A stretch of 64,000 nucleotides of DNA from the NCBI GenBank assembly GCA_001804885.1, contig MHBM01000157.1, forward strand, positions 16,629-80,628. Direction: 5' to 3'. Origin of the DNA: Lentisphaerae bacterium RIFOXYA12_FULL_48_11 (GTDB lineage Bacteria; Verrucomicrobiota; Kiritimatiellia; UBA8416; YA12-FULL-48-11). This document shows, one piece after another, positions 55,790 through 64,000 of this stretch. Each line of letters begins with the position of its first letter. Within the stretch, counting starts at the first letter, position 1. The notes under the pieces were generated by a model. It saw only the letters and a program-made list of their open reading frames with translations, was not told the DNA's origin and did no database searches. Position numbers and translations under genes: made by a program.

Positions 55790-56927
55790 AAATGGCTGAT
55801 GTAACAGAATTCGTTCCCTGAGCAGATCCTGTCGTATTTTGATACCACTTCACGTTCTTGAGGATGTAATCAGCGGCCAACCGGCTTCCAAGAGCATTCC
55901 AGTGAGGATCCAGCTTATAGTAACAAGCACGATATCCTTCAGGAGCCGAACGAATGCCGGGCAACAGATCAAGGTAAATCATGTTTTCCGCAATGCAAAA
56001 CGATGCAAGATCAACAGGGAGAGTGCTCGCCGGGTCGGTCTGCAGACGTTCAAGATCACTGATCGCCGGAATGGTAACAACAATAACTTCCTTTCCTGCC
56101 GCTTCTCGCCTGATCTGACCCAATACATAATTAAGACGCAACCACTGCTCCTTTGTATAATCATAGTATCCGGCATATCCCTTTTTCATACTCGCCTGAT
56201 GATGCCTGGCTAAACCCTTGACACGCTTAATAAAATTACCCGTAAAAGTGAATTCACGCAGAAAACTCTCCAGGAACTTGCTTCTTTCCCGGGGAGGGTC
56301 TTTCATGCTGTAAGTCAACTTATAATCAGGATACTGGCCCGTAAAGAATGGGCGGTAATGGGTTGAATAAGCAATCTTCCCATATTCGTAATCATCATCA
56401 AGAAAATCATTAAAAGGCAGGATGCAAACCATCACGGCATCGTGCTCAAACTGTCGGGCCAGAGTCTTATATAGAAGATAATACTGTGTCGGCCCGAAGG
56501 AACCAGCCGTTCCAAAATTTAAATGTTCGATACCCGAACGACTCTCGAGCAAATCGGTAAACCGTTTCCCGTCTTCAACCCCGTATCCTTCCGTGAAAGA
56601 ATCACCAACAACTATGACCCTCTTCTTCCCATTGCTTTCCTTTGATCGTTCCTTATCCCTGGCACCATATGAATTGGCTTTATAAAAAACATCGTATGAT
56701 GGGGTTATATGCCGATACGAAGAATTTGGTCCATGCCAAACCCCGAAATCTGGATTCGTTTCTATCCAGAACCGCGAGTTGACATTACCGAACCTGTATG
56801 ACGGTTTCGAAATATCAAGGCGCCCCATGCGACACATTAGCGCCAGCGCAACCTCAAAGGTGGTAAACATGATAACTCCGGCCATAACCAGCTTTATCAG
56901 GAACATACATATTTTATGCCTTGTCAT
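55767..56927 (-). CDS. membrane-anchored SGNH/GDSL-type hydrolase
   Basis: An N-terminal transmembrane helix, then block I VIVVGDSFTEGYG. The domain order is paralogous to 40970-42256. Confidence 0.5.
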   Translation of the reverse strand: MTRHKICMFLIKLVMAGVIMFTTFEVALALMCRMGRLDISKPSYRFGNVNSRFWIETNPDFGVWHGPNSSYRHITPSYDVFYKANSYGARDKERSKESNGKKRVIVVGDSFTEGYGVEDGKRFTDLLESRSGIEHLNFGTAGSFGPTQYYLLYKTLARQFEHDAVMVCILPFNDFLDDDYEYGKIAYSTHYRPFFTGQYPDYKLTYSMKDPPRERSKFLESFLREFTFTGNFIKRVKGLARHHQASMKKGYAGYYDYTKEQWLRLNYVLGQIRREAAGKEVIVVTIPAISDLERLQTDPASTLPVDLASFCIAENMIYLDLLPGIRSAPEGYRACYYKLDPHWNALGSRLAADYILKNVKWYQNTTGSAQGTNSVTSAISILPQKP

Positions 56928-57043
56928 AGACTGATAGATCCTATTAACAAAACCCTAACAGACAGATCCTGCCACATTGTTACGCAGGATAGGCTTCTTG
57001 ATCAATTGTTTTCGAGAACCTGAACATTACATCCGGCATTTAG

Positions 57044-57502
57044 CTATTTCGACATGGGACGGTAATTTCGCAGGAAAAGCATTTCTGAAAAAAGAAATTT
57101 GAGAATGGCGAATATGAAGACATTAATTAACTGAACTAGAACATATTTCTGAAAACCGATGACTTCAACGATAAAATAGTAGAGACCCCAGTCGGCAACC
57201 CTGAACATCATTATCCCCGAAAAAAAGGCGCCGAATTCAGCCCATAGCGATTTTGCATCTTTTCGATTGAATGCAAAATAACGGCAGACAAAGAAATTCA
57301 CAGTGACCTGAAAGGTAATAACCAGCGCGTATGCAACCCCCTTATCGATTGCAACCTTCTCAACCAGAAATATATTGAGAGGAATAGCGATCAGAAACGA
57401 CGGAAGCCCGGATACGGCAAATTTAAAGAGAGAGACAAAACGCGCCCTGTCAATTTTGCCGACAAACGGGAGGGATATGGGAGTTCTATCTAAGTCAGTC
57501 AT
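57044..57502 (-). CDS. GtrA-family membrane protein (polyprenyl-phosphate sugar translocase-like)
   Basis: 152 aa with 4 transmembrane helices. FKFAVSGLPSFLIAIPLNIFL...VNFFVCRYFAF fits the GtrA consensus. Confidence 0.7.
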   Translation of the reverse strand: MTDLDRTPISLPFVGKIDRARFVSLFKFAVSGLPSFLIAIPLNIFLVEKVAIDKGVAYALVITFQVTVNFFVCRYFAFNRKDAKSLWAEFGAFFSGIMMFRVADWGLYYFIVEVIGFQKYVLVQLINVFIFAILKFLFSEMLFLRNYRPMSK

Positions 57503-58847
57503 TTACAGACTCCTGCTCCATCAGCAACGTTCCGAGCCCTTTGCGCTTAACCGGCTTGCTAAAACGCTTCCAAGTCAATCTGAGTTTGTCAAACATAGGG
57601 CCCATGAATGACTCCGGCAGACATTCTAGCATTTTCCTGGCCAGCCTGGTTCCACAAACCAGGAATATCGATGAGATCACCACTTCCACAAGATATCGCG
57701 ATACCGGCAATGGAACGGGACGAACGCCATAGCGCGGCGCTTTCTTCCCGAACGCCCGTCGCCAACGGTTTCTAATGTATCCTCCACGCTTTTTAAAATC
57801 GAGCATGTGGCCATGCATTTCCAATGTTTTAAATGGATCCTCTTCTGTCATCACCAGCAGAGATGCTTTCTCCATGGCAGAGATGATTGATTCCATTTCG
57901 GCCGAGCGGGTTGTAATCACAGAATATCCGCCTCCAAGCTTTTCAAATCGTGGTGACCAGGCATCACCCACAGACAGATCGCAGAATTCATTCGTGAAGT
58001 CCATATTCTGCAGACTGTTTCGGGTTATGAAGAAGGGGATCAGAAAGTTGTAATAAACTTTCTTTGACTGGAGAACTCTCCCTGAAGCCATCCTGATTTC
58101 CATATAACCAGGCCACTCGCCTGCACGCCATTTGAGAGAAACAACCTTGTCGTCAGGTTTTACGCCACAACCACGCAGGTAAGATTCAATTGCAGCAGGA
58201 TAAAGTGCAGTGCCTGTATAGGGACCAAACACATATTTGATCTGTTTTGCCGGCTCATAATCGTTTTGCTGAAGCAAGCGCAAGGCAGCTGCCTGATCCG
58301 GCAGGCAGGTGATGGCATAGCGCTCACCAGGTGTTAGAGCACGAAAAATATCCAGCGTGGATACTGGAATGTATATTGATTGTGCAGCATCGAGTATTTC
58401 TCGACTGGTGCGGACAATCTTAGCGCGCGCCAATAATGGTTCAGGTGTTCCCTGTTGAACAATTATTGCCGCATCGATGAGTTTATTTTCCAGCAGGTAA
58501 ACAAGTGTATGACTTATTACACCACCCGATGCCCCGCCGCGGCGGATTTCAGGAATTGACGAATAACCGGTACGTACCTTTTGAAAGCAACCCAGCAACC
58601 AGTTCTCAGGCAGATGACCATAATGTGTGTTGTAGAGTTTTATGAAGTCATAGCCTTTACCAGGACAGGTTTCCCATGCGAGATCAGGTAAATCGCAAGA
58701 CAGAGTCTCAAAGGATGGACATGGCCCCCAGGGTGTATCCCGCATAACGGCCTTACAGGATTGATCGAGCGCCACACAGGCACCGCAACCCGTACAAATT
58801 CCGGCCTCAATTACATCATTCTGCAGTCTTTCACATACTGTCGGCAT
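57495..58847 (-). CDS. coenzyme F420 hydrogenase/dehydrogenase beta-subunit-like Fe-S flavoprotein (FrhB/FdhB family)
   Basis: N-terminal 4Fe-4S cysteines (CTGCGACVALDQSC), then a FrhB-like N/C-terminal domain arrangement. In polysaccharide loci this family usually accompanies pyruvyl transferases. Confidence 0.5.
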   Translation of the reverse strand: MPTVCERLQNDVIEAGICTGCGACVALDQSCKAVMRDTPWGPCPSFETLSCDLPDLAWETCPGKGYDFIKLYNTHYGHLPENWLLGCFQKVRTGYSSIPEIRRGGASGGVISHTLVYLLENKLIDAAIIVQQGTPEPLLARAKIVRTSREILDAAQSIYIPVSTLDIFRALTPGERYAITCLPDQAAALRLLQQNDYEPAKQIKYVFGPYTGTALYPAAIESYLRGCGVKPDDKVVSLKWRAGEWPGYMEIRMASGRVLQSKKVYYNFLIPFFITRNSLQNMDFTNEFCDLSVGDAWSPRFEKLGGGYSVITTRSAEMESIISAMEKASLLVMTEEDPFKTLEMHGHMLDFKKRGGYIRNRWRRAFGKKAPRYGVRPVPLPVSRYLVEVVISSIFLVCGTRLARKMLECLPESFMGPMFDKLRLTWKRFSKPVKRKGLGTLLMEQESVND

Positions 58848-58867
58848 GGCGAACTTTAAATAATTAA

Positions 58868-59746
58868 TTACAGCATGCGATTAAAACAATCCAACCCCAC
58901 CACCGGCAGGGATTCCCTGCGCAAGCTCAGCGCATCGGTCTCAAGATTACCAAAAACAAATCCTTTACTGCGTAACACAGCCACATACCTTCTCAAGGTT
59001 ACAAGCCCTCCCATAATCGAACCTGCCTGATAAACAAGACGCATAATAAAGGGAAGACTATTCATTGCTGGATAATACGGGAAAAGATTATGAAAATGCA
59101 AATCCGTGACATGGAACGCCTTATCATCTCCGGACAAACTTGACACCTGCCGCTTAACCAGAAACGCACTCAACTCCGAACCGAGCAGATTTATAAATGT
59201 CATACCAGCAGGCAAAGTGGCAGTCAACATGCCAAGCGGTATTTCAACAAGATTCGTCCCCTGCCATTGGAATGGCGATTTCGGCAGTCCGGAAAAATCA
59301 TAGCAATGTGATCGGCGCATCGGAAAGATACTCGCATCATAACAGAACCCAAGTTTGTCCATTAGAAGAACATCATCACGGCTGACGATTCCGAGGGCAG
59401 CTCGGTATCCATCCGGTTTTCTACCAACTCGCTTTTCAAAAGCTTCCATTCCCTTTTGTATTTCATCGGCATGACTTGCATGCATTGTGCCGAATGTATC
59501 AGGAGAATGGCTGAAACCATGCACACCGAGAGATATGCCTGCCCGAAGAAATGTATCAATAATAGAATGGCCTTGCTGAAAGAGCTTACCAACAACAAAA
59601 GCTGTCAGAGGTATATTTTCAGCATGCAACCAATCAATAAACGGAGCGGCCTGGCTGAGAATCTCATAAGAATCGGACCGACCATAGTCGGATTCGATGT
59701 CTAGCGTAAGATAAAGCGTTTCACTTCTTCTTGGATCAGAGTCCAT
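58868..59746 (-). CDS. NodB-type polysaccharide deacetylase family protein (variant motif 1; DUF3473/PEP-CTERM-locus-like)
   Basis: LTLDIESDYG occupies the position of TFDDG. HGFSHS (H-x-x-x-H) and RKPDG (R-x-P-x-G) are present. Confidence 0.55.
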   Translation of the reverse strand: MDSDPRRSETLYLTLDIESDYGRSDSYEILSQAAPFIDWLHAENIPLTAFVVGKLFQQGHSIIDTFLRAGISLGVHGFSHSPDTFGTMHASHADEIQKGMEAFEKRVGRKPDGYRAALGIVSRDDVLLMDKLGFCYDASIFPMRRSHCYDFSGLPKSPFQWQGTNLVEIPLGMLTATLPAGMTFINLLGSELSAFLVKRQVSSLSGDDKAFHVTDLHFHNLFPYYPAMNSLPFIMRLVYQAGSIMGGLVTLRRYVAVLRSKGFVFGNLETDALSLRRESLPVVGLDCFNRML

Positions 59747-59755
59747 GATTGATTG

Positions 59756-60493
59756 TTATTGCCTGACACAGACAAAAAACTGCCGGATACCCAGCTCAGT
59801 GAGCCATGGACAAGAAAAATATTTCAAGACCTTCTCGCCCAATTGTCGAACACACCTTGGCCCGCACGGGATCAGCATTGTTCCCTCATGTTTAAGCAAT
59901 TTCCATCCTGTCGCAGCCAGCCAAGATTTAACTTCGCTGGATTTTGGGAACCTATGCGGACCTTCCCCATGCCCGCCAAATACGGCTGTATAAAATCGAT
60001 AACTCCATTCACAGCTGGCTGGAGGACAACTGAGAACCATTCGACCACCAGGAACACTGACACGGTAAAGTTCTTTCAGAAACCCAAGAGGTGATGCGGC
60101 ATGTTCCAGAGTTTCCAAAGTAAGAATCCTGTCGAATGAACCGGAATCAAACGGAAGTTTATCGTACTGTTCAATCTTGCAAATCTGCGCGTCCGGATGA
60201 ATTTTCCGCGCCACCGAGATCAGCCCGCTGGATATTTCAGCATGTGTAACATTAAGGGAAGAACATGTCCTCAACAGAAACGAATGAGCTCCGCAATCAC
60301 GGGAAGAAATATTCAGAACCCGGCAACCGGGAAAGAGCTGCAACTCCGGCATCGACCAGACAAACCGCTGATCATGAGTATCGGAAACGCCGGAATTGGC
60401 ATCCACATAGATCGATGCAACGCTGTCCCAATGACGGGCTACATCCGCGTCAGTCCACGGATGCTCAGGATACCCGCTAGACTGAGCCATCAT
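59756..60493 (-). CDS. class I SAM-dependent methyltransferase
   Basis: The motif I region is GCRVLNISSRDCG, and the post-II/III region is RILTLETLEHAASPLGFLKELYRVSVPGGRMVLSCP. Confidence 0.55.
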   Translation of the reverse strand: MMAQSSGYPEHPWTDADVARHWDSVASIYVDANSGVSDTHDQRFVWSMPELQLFPGCRVLNISSRDCGAHSFLLRTCSSLNVTHAEISSGLISVARKIHPDAQICKIEQYDKLPFDSGSFDRILTLETLEHAASPLGFLKELYRVSVPGGRMVLSCPPASCEWSYRFYTAVFGGHGEGPHRFPKSSEVKSWLAATGWKLLKHEGTMLIPCGPRCVRQLGEKVLKYFSCPWLTELGIRQFFVCVRQ

Positions 60494-61364
60494 CCCTCTC
60501 CCTGAGGTTCAACATGGAGATCTGATCGGCAAGCAGACCAAAGAAAAAGAGGAACATAGCCATTACCAATATTGTTACGGCGCCATTTGAAACACGGGAC
60601 GCTATCCACATATCAAAAAATGCTATAATCGCTCCACACAAACCGGCAATAATACTTGCAGGAAGAAATATCTTAAGTGGATTAAAAAGCATTATAATAC
60701 GCATCAGCAACATAAGCGTTTTAATACCGTCTTTGAGCGGACGAACATTGCTTACCCTGCCTACCCTGGCCTTAACTTTGATCGGAACAGTTCCGATAGA
60801 ATAACCCTCTTTAAGAAAGGCCAAGGTAGAAGTTGTACTAAAAGAGAAACCGTTAGGCATAAGATGCAACAACGAACGCATTATTCTTCTGTCAAACCCC
60901 CTGAATCCGGAATTGTAATCAGGCAACCTCTGTTCCACAAGATATTCACCGACAACCCTTATGATCCATTTTCCAAACTTTCGGTTGGCAACCTGGAATG
61001 AATCAATAGTCCGTTCTCCTATGACCATGGGATTATCAGATAGATTTCTGGCGATTTCTTCAATTGCCCCCGAAGTGTGCTGGCCATCACCGTCCATAAT
61101 GATGATATTCTTTGCCCTGGCATGTCGTATGCCAGTCTTAAGGGATGCCCCATAGCCCTTGTTCACAGAATGACGTAAAAGAGTAACAGGATATTTTCTT
61201 ATAACAGAAACTGTAGCATCCTTAGATCCATCATCTACAACAATAATTTCAGAGCCTTTAAGAAAGTCATTCCCGGAAAGATCCTCAAGGGTATCGCCAA
61301 TCCCTTGCTCCTCGTTGTAGACAGGAATAACAATAGCCAGGCTTGTATTTACACTTTTCTCCAT
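60477..61364 (-). CDS. GT2 polyprenyl-phosphate glycosyltransferase (GtrB/DPM1-like, C-terminal TM anchors)
   Basis: LAIVIPVYNEE...IIVVDDGSKDAT with DXD (IMDGDGQ) is GT2. Two C-terminal transmembrane helices follow, as in GtrB. Confidence 0.8.
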   Translation of the reverse strand: MEKSVNTSLAIVIPVYNEEQGIGDTLEDLSGNDFLKGSEIIVVDDGSKDATVSVIRKYPVTLLRHSVNKGYGASLKTGIRHARAKNIIIMDGDGQHTSGAIEEIARNLSDNPMVIGERTIDSFQVANRKFGKWIIRVVGEYLVEQRLPDYNSGFRGFDRRIMRSLLHLMPNGFSFSTTSTLAFLKEGYSIGTVPIKVKARVGRVSNVRPLKDGIKTLMLLMRIIMLFNPLKIFLPASIIAGLCGAIIAFFDMWIASRVSNGAVTILVMAMFLFFFGLLADQISMLNLRERDDGSV

Positions 61365-61379
61365 AATCAGATCATTATG

Positions 61380-62072
61380 TCAGAAAGTGAATTTTGCACC
61401 AACGCCAAACGCCAGATGACTCATCGTAAAGATGATATCTTCATCACTGTTAACTGGATGCGTATAAACCCCGTCAACGTCAGAATCAACATATCGTCCA
61501 TATACATTTACGGAAAACTGCTCCATAATCTGCCAGTCACACCCAAGCGCAAGATAGAATCCCTGCGTATTATCGAGAACGAAATCCTTGCCCGGCATAC
61601 TCCAACCTGAAGCTGCGTCAAAATCAGCCGAGTAAAAAGCAGCGCCCAATTCACAGAAAGGTGTAAACTTTGTTGAATTGGGATAACACCCAAGAAGATA
61701 TAACAATGGACCGGAGAGCACCGTTGTACCATCCGTGCCGCCATGATCCCATGCTTCTGCGCCAACACGGTCATAGCTCAATCCGATCCCTAAACATGGC
61801 ATAAACTTGTACTGGACATAGAACTTAGTTGGCAAATAATCCTGGTCTTCTTTTAACATGGTGATCGAACCTACAAACGAACCGTTATATGGCTCACCCC
61901 TTGAGTCCTCAAGCAAAACAACATGAGTAATTCTGGTTCCTATTTCGAGTTTATTGGCGATATATGAATTGTAAAAATCATTATCAGCCAATTGAGCCCT
62001 CACTGAGACATCAAAGCCTGAACTCAGCACGACAGACACAAATAATGCTACAAGACCAGACCTTCTTCTCAT
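61380..62072 (-). CDS. putative outer-membrane beta-barrel protein
   Basis: A signal peptide, alternating hydrophobic beta-strand pattern and a C-terminal aromatic residue (FGVGAKFTF) fit an outer-membrane beta-barrel. Confidence 0.45.
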   Translation of the reverse strand: MRRRSGLVALFVSVVLSSGFDVSVRAQLADNDFYNSYIANKLEIGTRITHVVLLEDSRGEPYNGSFVGSITMLKEDQDYLPTKFYVQYKFMPCLGIGLSYDRVGAEAWDHGGTDGTTVLSGPLLYLLGCYPNSTKFTPFCELGAAFYSADFDAASGWSMPGKDFVLDNTQGFYLALGCDWQIMEQFSVNVYGRYVDSDVDGVYTHPVNSDEDIIFTMSHLAFGVGAKFTF

Positions 62073-62090
62073 GACTTTATCTTCCCCTCT

Positions 62091-62726
62091 CTATTTACTG
62101 ATTTTTCCAGAAACTTCGCCCTTGCTTTCAGATTCTGTTTGCTGTTTATCCAGCGCTTTCTCCATCTGCAGCAGACGTGCCTCAAGAGTGGCAACACGCT
62201 GTGCAATCTTCGCCTGCTTTGACTGCATCGCAGACATTGCAATCGAAAAATGAAATGCAACCATCACCAGGAAAGTGAATGATACAGCAGCAATAGCTGT
62301 GGCATATTCCATACCGGTAACAGCCCTGAACAAGGCCACTGCATCAGGAAAAAGAACAGAAATCAATATGACCAGGCCTGTAACCACCCACAACAGCGCA
62401 TATTTCTCCTGCAAATGGGTACGCCTGATTGATTCAAATGTGACATAAAGAACCAGCAGACTGATAAACCCCATTATAACCCTGATACGAACCTGATACT
62501 CTGTCGAAACAACAAGCTCGACGACTTTCTGGGGAATACTTGCAAATATAACGAGAACAAGCCCAGCAAGAAACCAGAGTATCCCGGTAATAATACTGCA
62601 ATCCTTCTTCCATGTACCTCTGCCTGCAAAAAACAGAATCAGAAAGCCAATAAGGCCAATACATACGCGCTGGAACACGGCGTGTTCCCAACCAACGGCA
62701 TATCGCATTGCCAAAGGATCAATCAT
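62091..62726 (-). CDS. DUF2304-like small membrane protein with C-terminal coiled coil
   Basis: 4 transmembrane helices, then QRVATLEARLLQMEKALDKQQTE. It sits between two GT2 genes, as DUF2304 proteins typically do. Confidence 0.4.
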   Translation of the reverse strand: MIDPLAMRYAVGWEHAVFQRVCIGLIGFLILFFAGRGTWKKDCSIITGILWFLAGLVLVIFASIPQKVVELVVSTEYQVRIRVIMGFISLLVLYVTFESIRRTHLQEKYALLWVVTGLVILISVLFPDAVALFRAVTGMEYATAIAAVSFTFLVMVAFHFSIAMSAMQSKQAKIAQRVATLEARLLQMEKALDKQQTESESKGEVSGKISK

Positions 62727-63469
62727 ATTTTACCTGCAACGTTTTCACGCGAATAACGCACATCAACCGGCCTGGCCCTGTCTACAAGCAAAGCCAGAAA
62801 CACTTTCAATACATAGTATAATGTACCCCATTTACCTATCGTCGACTTTCCCGCCGTGCGCTCCCTGAATGTCGCAGGAATTTCGCAGAAATCATAACCC
62901 TCTCGTCGCATCAGGGCCAACGCCTCAGGTTCAGGATAATCCATGGGATACATACGGGAGAAGAAATACAGAAGAGGTCGATTCAGAATCTGGAAACCTG
63001 ATGTTGGATCAGTAACTTTCCGTCTGCAGATAAAAGACAGGAATGCCGCGAGTCCATGAATACCACAATAACGAATCCATGTACTTTTGTAGCCACCCTC
63101 TTCGAGAAATCTGGATCCAAGAACAAGATCCACGTTACCGGCTTTCATAGCTGCAACCAGATTCTTCATTTCCGATGGAGAATGCTGACCATCTCCATCA
63201 CATCGGATGGCATACTCGTAGCCATTCTCATAAGCATAGAGAAAACCAGCCTGTACAGCCCCGCCAACACCAAGGTTACATGGCAAATCAAGGACTTCTG
63301 CTCCATTCTCACGGGCAACATCAGCCGTTCTGTCTGCAGATCCATCATTTATCACCACAATATCAACGCCTGGAAGAAAATTATGAATTTCACCAAGAAG
63401 CGAGGCTATGCTTGCCTCCTCGTTATAGGCAGGAATCAAAATTACAGTATCTGACCTTCGATTCTTCAT
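62723..63469 (-). CDS. GT2 glycosyltransferase (soluble DPM1-like)
   Basis: VILIPAYNEEASI...VVINDGSADRTADVA with DXD (RCDGDGQ). It has no transmembrane tail. ATGA overlap with downstream gene. Confidence 0.8.
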   Translation of the reverse strand: MKNRRSDTVILIPAYNEEASIASLLGEIHNFLPGVDIVVINDGSADRTADVARENGAEVLDLPCNLGVGGAVQAGFLYAYENGYEYAIRCDGDGQHSPSEMKNLVAAMKAGNVDLVLGSRFLEEGGYKSTWIRYCGIHGLAAFLSFICRRKVTDPTSGFQILNRPLLYFFSRMYPMDYPEPEALALMRREGYDFCEIPATFRERTAGKSTIGKWGTLYYVLKVFLALLVDRARPVDVRYSRENVAGKI

Positions 63470-63633
63470 GCACTTCTAATTATTATTTCGAAAAATAGCA
63501 GATTTACAAAAAGGTTACAAGGAAGGAGATAGAGCTGAATCTCGACCACAAAACCCAGCTTATTACGTTTTCTGTAGCCCACCTCCGCGAGGTGGGAGTC
63601 TTTCCGCGTTCATGGAACGCGGTTACAATTCAA

Positions 63634-64000
63634 TTAACCAGAGGGATCTACACTATTAGCTTTAACCGCTTCAATCCTGATCAAATGAATCCTGGCACCC
63701 AAATCGTTTTCATACCCTTTGATGCCAGCCTTAGCCGGATCATAAGGTTTTTCCGCATGGATTCTGTATATTCCGGTTCGCTTCCCATCATCAGGCTGAT
63801 CGAGCGGTCTTAAAATGTATCCGGATACACGGGTAAATTCATTACTCACGGCCAAAGACAACGCCGCGGTACCCCACGGCGGCTTTATCTGAAGAACCTG
63901 CCCGACAACTTTATCATCTCGATCTGCTGCACATTCCATGCTGATTTGTACAGTTTGTCCAGGCAACGGAACCGGGCCAATCACTCCGCTCCCCTCCCTA
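63634..64000 (-). CDS. hypothetical protein (5' end may lie outside window)
   Basis: The ORF reaches the window edge and has no recognisable motifs. GC-rich palindromes (cgcgttccatgaacgcg, cccacctccgcgaggtggg) lie just downstream at 63578-63621. Confidence 0.3.
   Translation of the reverse strand, partial: REGSGVIGPVPLPGQTVQISMECAADRDDKVVGQVLQIKPPWGTAALSLAVSNEFTRVSGYILRPLDQPDDGKRTGIYRIHAEKPYDPAKAGIKGYENDLGARIHLIRIEAVKANSVDPSG

Noticed and set aside
1-64000. A search for CRISPR arrays, tRNA/rRNA genes and IS/transposase genes
   Set aside because: No regularly spaced direct repeats, no tRNA T-loop (GTTCGAATC-type) or cloverleaf candidates, and no DDE or serine/tyrosine recombinase-like ORFs were seen on either strand.

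Overview
This 64-kb window looks like a PVC-superphylum genome, most plausibly Verrucomicrobiota-like. The evidence is the tail of a division/cell-wall (dcw) cluster, an FtsZ gene, a MurC-MurB fusion, and many secreted carbohydrate-active enzymes (CAZymes), esterases and a sulfatase. Layout: (i) 1-19.8 kb, an accessory block of signal-peptide proteins (GH27 alpha-galactosidase, two beta-helix proteins, DUF1573, tandem DUF1080, metallophosphoesterase, two alpha/beta-hydrolases, two SGNH hydrolases, a Tat-dependent sulfatase, a TIM-barrel GH-like protein). It is interrupted by an orphan CheY receiver, a flavin reductase, a TauE-type exporter and an isolated ExeA-like AAA ATPase. (ii) 20.0-21.4 kb, a frameshift-split AlbA_2/COG2865 regulator gene in an AT-rich spacer bracketed by a 29-bp direct repeat. 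The upstream repeat is the remnant 3' end of a second copy. (iii) 21.4-28.2 kb, the dcw tail ftsZ-ftsA-ftsQ-ddl-murC/murB on the minus strand. (iv) 28.2-31.6 kb, a uroporphyrinogen-decarboxylase-like protein fused to two thioredoxin-fold domains, translationally coupled to a G3E (CobW-like) GTPase, plus a convergent HxH hydrolase-like gene. (v) 31.7-63.5 kb, a roughly 32-kb cell-surface polysaccharide locus. It carries three GT4 and two GT2 glycosyltransferases, four large GT-C-like polytopic membrane proteins, a Wzx flippase, GtrA, an epimerase, two SAM methyltransferases, a hexapeptide acetyltransferase, two NodB deacetylases, two membrane-anchored SGNH hydrolases, an FrhB-like Fe-S protein, and a NodU/CmcH carbamoyltransferase flanked by SxtJ/SxtK-like small membrane proteins. 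No rRNA, tRNA, CRISPR array or transposase was recognised. All calls come from reading the sequence and ORF track; no database searches were run.
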